The notes beneath the pieces were generated by a model. The model saw only the letters and a list, made by a program, of their open reading frames with translations, made no database searches and was not told where the DNA came from. A DNA stretch of 64,000 nucleotides from Calditrichia bacterium (GTDB taxonomy: Bacteria > Calditrichota > Calditrichia > RBG-13-44-9 > J075). The stretch spans positions 2,916,646 to 2,980,645 of the forward strand of contig OZ245730.1 in assembly GCA_965227145.1 (NCBI GenBank). The letters are read 5' to 3'. Position 1 is the first letter of the stretch. Every line of letters begins with the position of its first letter. Of this stretch, positions 61,414 through 64,000 are shown piece after piece. The translations under genes were made by a program, and so were the position numbers.

Positions 61414-64000
61414 CTATTTCATGAACATCATTTTTTTCGTTTGGGAAAAATCGCAGGTTTGGAGGCGATAAAAATAAATGCCCGAAGCAAATTCCCCGGT
61501 TTTGAAAACTACGCTGTGGCGTCCGGCGGGCAGTTGGTTGTCCACCAGCGTTGCGACAAGCTGACCCAACATGTTGAAAATTTGCAAGGTTGCGTGCCCG
61601 GATTTAGGCATCTGGAATGCGATGGTCGTGCTCGGGTTGAACGGATTCGGGTAATTCTGCGAGAGCGCGTAAGTTGTTGGCAGAGCTTGATTTGAATCGT
61701 CGTCATCGATGCTCAAAACCGGCTCATCGACAAACAAGCTATCCGGGATGATGCTTTCGCCGGGCGCGTAAACGCCGGTTGTATCGTAAATAAACCAGTC
61801 GAGATAGAAGCCGTAAGTGTTGCCATCGCTGCCATCGCCCCAGCGAATATCACTGGTGGAATTGAGCGAAGTTGTCGTTCCGCTGAGCAGCGGCGCAGGA
61901 TGCTCGTCCACATACACCGTCGAAACCCCGTTTTGGTAGGTGATGCGATAGGTGTGCCAGCCATCCGCGTTATTTGGCAACGTTGCGGTGACGTCCGCGC
62001 GATCCAGTTCAACAACGCCGCCGGGCAGCACGAACAGCCGTTCGCGCAAAATACCGTCGCGATATTCCACTTCGATGGTGCGTTGGTAAAGGGTCGCGTC
62101 AATCGGTTTCATGCGGAACGCGATGGTTGCGCCCTGATCCGGCTTGATGCCCCAATCGTTGCCAAACATGATCCGGTTCGCATCCGGCGTGATAAACTGC
62201 AGCAGTTTGTTCCCGGCGATATCAGGGTCATCGATCACCCAAACGGTGGTATCGGGCGGATTCACTTCGTTTTCCGGCAGATAGGCGGGATCGTTTTCCT
62301 GCGGCAAAACGCCGGCATCGTAAACCATCCATTTGTCGGCTGCGGGCGGCGGATCGTCCACAAACAGACCTTCGGGAATATCCTTTTCGCCGGGCGCGTA
62401 AACGCCGGAAGTGTCAAAAATGAACCAGTCGAGATAAAATCCATAGGTGTTCCCGTCGCTGCCATCGCCCCAACGCAGATCGTTGGTGGAATTGGCGGAG
62501 GCGGTCACACCGCTCAAAAACGGCACCGGCTGCTCATCGAGATAAACGGTTGATGACCCGTTTTGGAAGGTGATGCGGTAAGTGTGCCAGCCATCTGTGC
62601 GATACGCCAGTGGCGCGGAAACGTCCGCACGATCGAGTTCAACCTGACCGTCGGGCAGAACGAAGAGCCGTTCGCGGAGCACGTTATGGCGATATTCGAC
62701 CTCGAAAACGCGATCGTAAACGGTTGCATCAACAGGCTTTACGCGAAATGCCATCGTTGCGCCTTTTTCCGCAGCCATCGCCCAATCGATGCCATACATG
62801 ATGCGGTTTGCTCCCGGCGTGATAAATTCGAGCAGTTTGTTGCCGGGAATTTCCGGATCATCGACCACTCGCGCGGTGGTGTCCGGCGGCGTCACGGTAT
62901 TTTCTTCGAGAAACGGCGGATCATTTTCTGCCGGCAGCACGCTGGCATCGTAAATTGCCCATGGCGCGGGCTGCGGCGGCACGCGATCGACATGCAGCCC
63001 GTCGGGAATATTGCTTTCGCCGGGCGAATATGTGCCGGTCGTGTCAAACACAATCCAGTCGAGATAAAATCCGTAGGTGTTACCGTCGCTGCCGTCGCCG
63101 AAACGCAGATCGTTGGTGCTGTTTGCCGAGGCAGTTATTCCGCTCAAAAACGGCACGGGTTCTTCGTCCACATAAACGGTCGATGTCCCGTTTTGATAGG
63201 TGATGCGATAGGTGTGCCAACCATCGGTTTCGGATGGCAACTGCGCAGTGACGTCCGCGCGATCGAGTTCCACAACGCCGCCGGGCAGCAGGAACAGCCG
63301 TTCACGGAGCGCGCCGTCGCGATATTCTACCTCAAATATGCGATCGTAAGCCATTGGATCGATTGGCTTTACGCGAAATGCAACGGTCGCGCCGTCCACC
63401 GGATTCATGTTCCAGTCGAGCCCGTACATGATCCGGTTCGCGCCGGGCGTTTTGAATTCGAGCAATTTGTTGCCGGGAATTTCCGGGTCATCGACCACCC
63501 AAACGGTTGTGTCCGGCGGCGTGACCACATTATCTTCGAGATACGGCGGAAGGTTGTCAGCAGGCAACACACTGGCATCGTACACCTGCCATTGCTGCCC
63601 GGGACTGACAAATCCGGCTCTGCCCGCGCCAGCCTGGACAATTGCGGGCACATCGGCGGTTGCATCCGGCGTGAACGCATACGGCGGTTCGGGCACATCG
63701 CCGCGGGTTTCCGGCGCGTTGACGCAGTTGTCAAAAATATTGTTGCGTTCCGCCAAATCGCCCTGCGCAGAAACGCCGACATTCACTAACGTCGGGTTAT
63801 CGACGTTCAAAAAGTAGTTGCTTTCCACCAGCACATTGGCGTCCATCGTGGAGCCGACGCCATAATTATTGCCAACATAATAATTGTTGTAAATATGCGC
63901 CAACGCCGAAAATCGCACTCGCGGGTGACGCTGAACCGTGTCATTGAACCAATTGTGATGATAGGTCACATGGAATTTCCCGGAATCCTGCGCGGCGTTG
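61414..64000 (-). CDS. Secreted PL1 pectate lyase (5' end outside window) with three 210-aa repeats and a C-terminal sorting domain
   Basis: VTYHHNWF...QRHPRVRF...HIYNNYY PL1 motifs; three tandem repeats with a 630-nt period; QNYPNPFNP C-terminal domain. Confidence 0.88.
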   Translation of the reverse strand, partial: NAAQDSGKFHVTYHHNWFNDTVQRHPRVRFSALAHIYNNYYVGNNYGVGSTMDANVLVESNYFLNVDNPTLVNVGVSAQGDLAERNNIFDNCVNAPETRGDVPEPPYAFTPDATADVPAIVQAGAGRAGFVSPGQQWQVYDASVLPADNLPPYLEDNVVTPPDTTVWVVDDPEIPGNKLLEFKTPGANRIMYGLDWNMNPVDGATVAFRVKPIDPMAYDRIFEVEYRDGALRERLFLLPGGVVELDRADVTAQLPSETDGWHTYRITYQNGTSTVYVDEEPVPFLSGITASANSTNDLRFGDGSDGNTYGFYLDWIVFDTTGTYSPGESNIPDGLHVDRVPPQPAPWAIYDASVLPAENDPPFLEENTVTPPDTTARVVDDPEIPGNKLLEFITPGANRIMYGIDWAMAAEKGATMAFRVKPVDATVYDRVFEVEYRHNVLRERLFVLPDGQVELDRADVSAPLAYRTDGWHTYRITFQNGSSTVYLDEQPVPFLSGVTASANSTNDLRWGDGSDGNTYGFYLDWFIFDTSGVYAPGEKDIPEGLFVDDPPPAADKWMVYDAGVLPQENDPAYLPENEVNPPDTTVWVIDDPDIAGNKLLQFITPDANRIMFGNDWGIKPDQGATIAFRMKPIDATLYQRTIEVEYRDGILRERLFVLPGGVVELDRADVTATLPNNADGWHTYRITYQNGVSTVYVDEHPAPLLSGTTTSLNSTSDIRWGDGSDGNTYGFYLDWFIYDTTGVYAPGESIIPDSLFVDEPVLSIDDDDSNQALPTTYALSQNYPNPFNPSTTIAFQMPKSGHATLQIFNMLGQLVATLVDNQLPAGRHSVVFKTGEFASGIYFYRLQTCDFSQTKKMMFMK

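Noticed and set aside
37466-63817. Long antisense/overlapping ORFs (e.g. 41964-43166, 60221-61291, 62563-63789)
   Set aside because: They shadow well-supported genes on the opposite strand in GC-richer DNA and show no recognisable motifs.
1-64000. Integron integrase, reverse transcriptase (DGR/retron/group II intron) or toxin-antitoxin genes explaining the array
   Set aside because: No ORF shows tyrosine-recombinase, RT (YxDD) or recognisable TA motifs; variation among repeats is not adenine-specific as in DGRs.
1-64000. tRNA or rRNA genes
   Set aside because: No cloverleaf or rRNA-like conserved sequence was recognised.

Overview
Bacterial genomic window, probably from a Calditrichota/FCB-type organism (inferred from the 'QNYPNPFNP' C-terminal sorting domains and TGGCA-N6-TTGA sigma54 promoters). 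It has three zones. (1) 1-20.4 kb is an AT-rich integron-type cassette array with 39 attC sites (38 of one ~130-bp family plus 1 foreign type) delimiting 38 complete cassettes. Only 13 cassettes carry a gene; 25 are ORF-less and belong to four recurrent, structured, modular families (A-D). Several gene cassettes are chimeras with the ends of these blank cassettes, one blank cassette is duplicated almost exactly, one gene is cleanly split by an IS630, and some attC sites carry a 22-bp hairpin insertion in the L' box. No integrase is in the window; polarity says it would lie to the left. (2) 20.4-39.7 kb is a mostly co-oriented accessory gene string (AraC/NmrA/SDR modules, PP2C phosphatase, IS1 remnant, two degenerate SNase-domain proteins, MOSC, amidases) with progressively decayed attC fossils out to ~32.7 kb. 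(3) 39.7-64 kb holds a small sigma54 locus (unannotated 33-aa bS22-like protein, two PRC-barrel genes, NtrC-type regulator, ATPase-less histidine kinase, two predicted promoters with matching upstream palindromes) and a pectin/hexuronate utilisation cluster (kdgK, eda, uxaBAC, TRAP transporter, kduI, kduD, esterases, and a PL1 pectate lyase with three 210-aa repeats).
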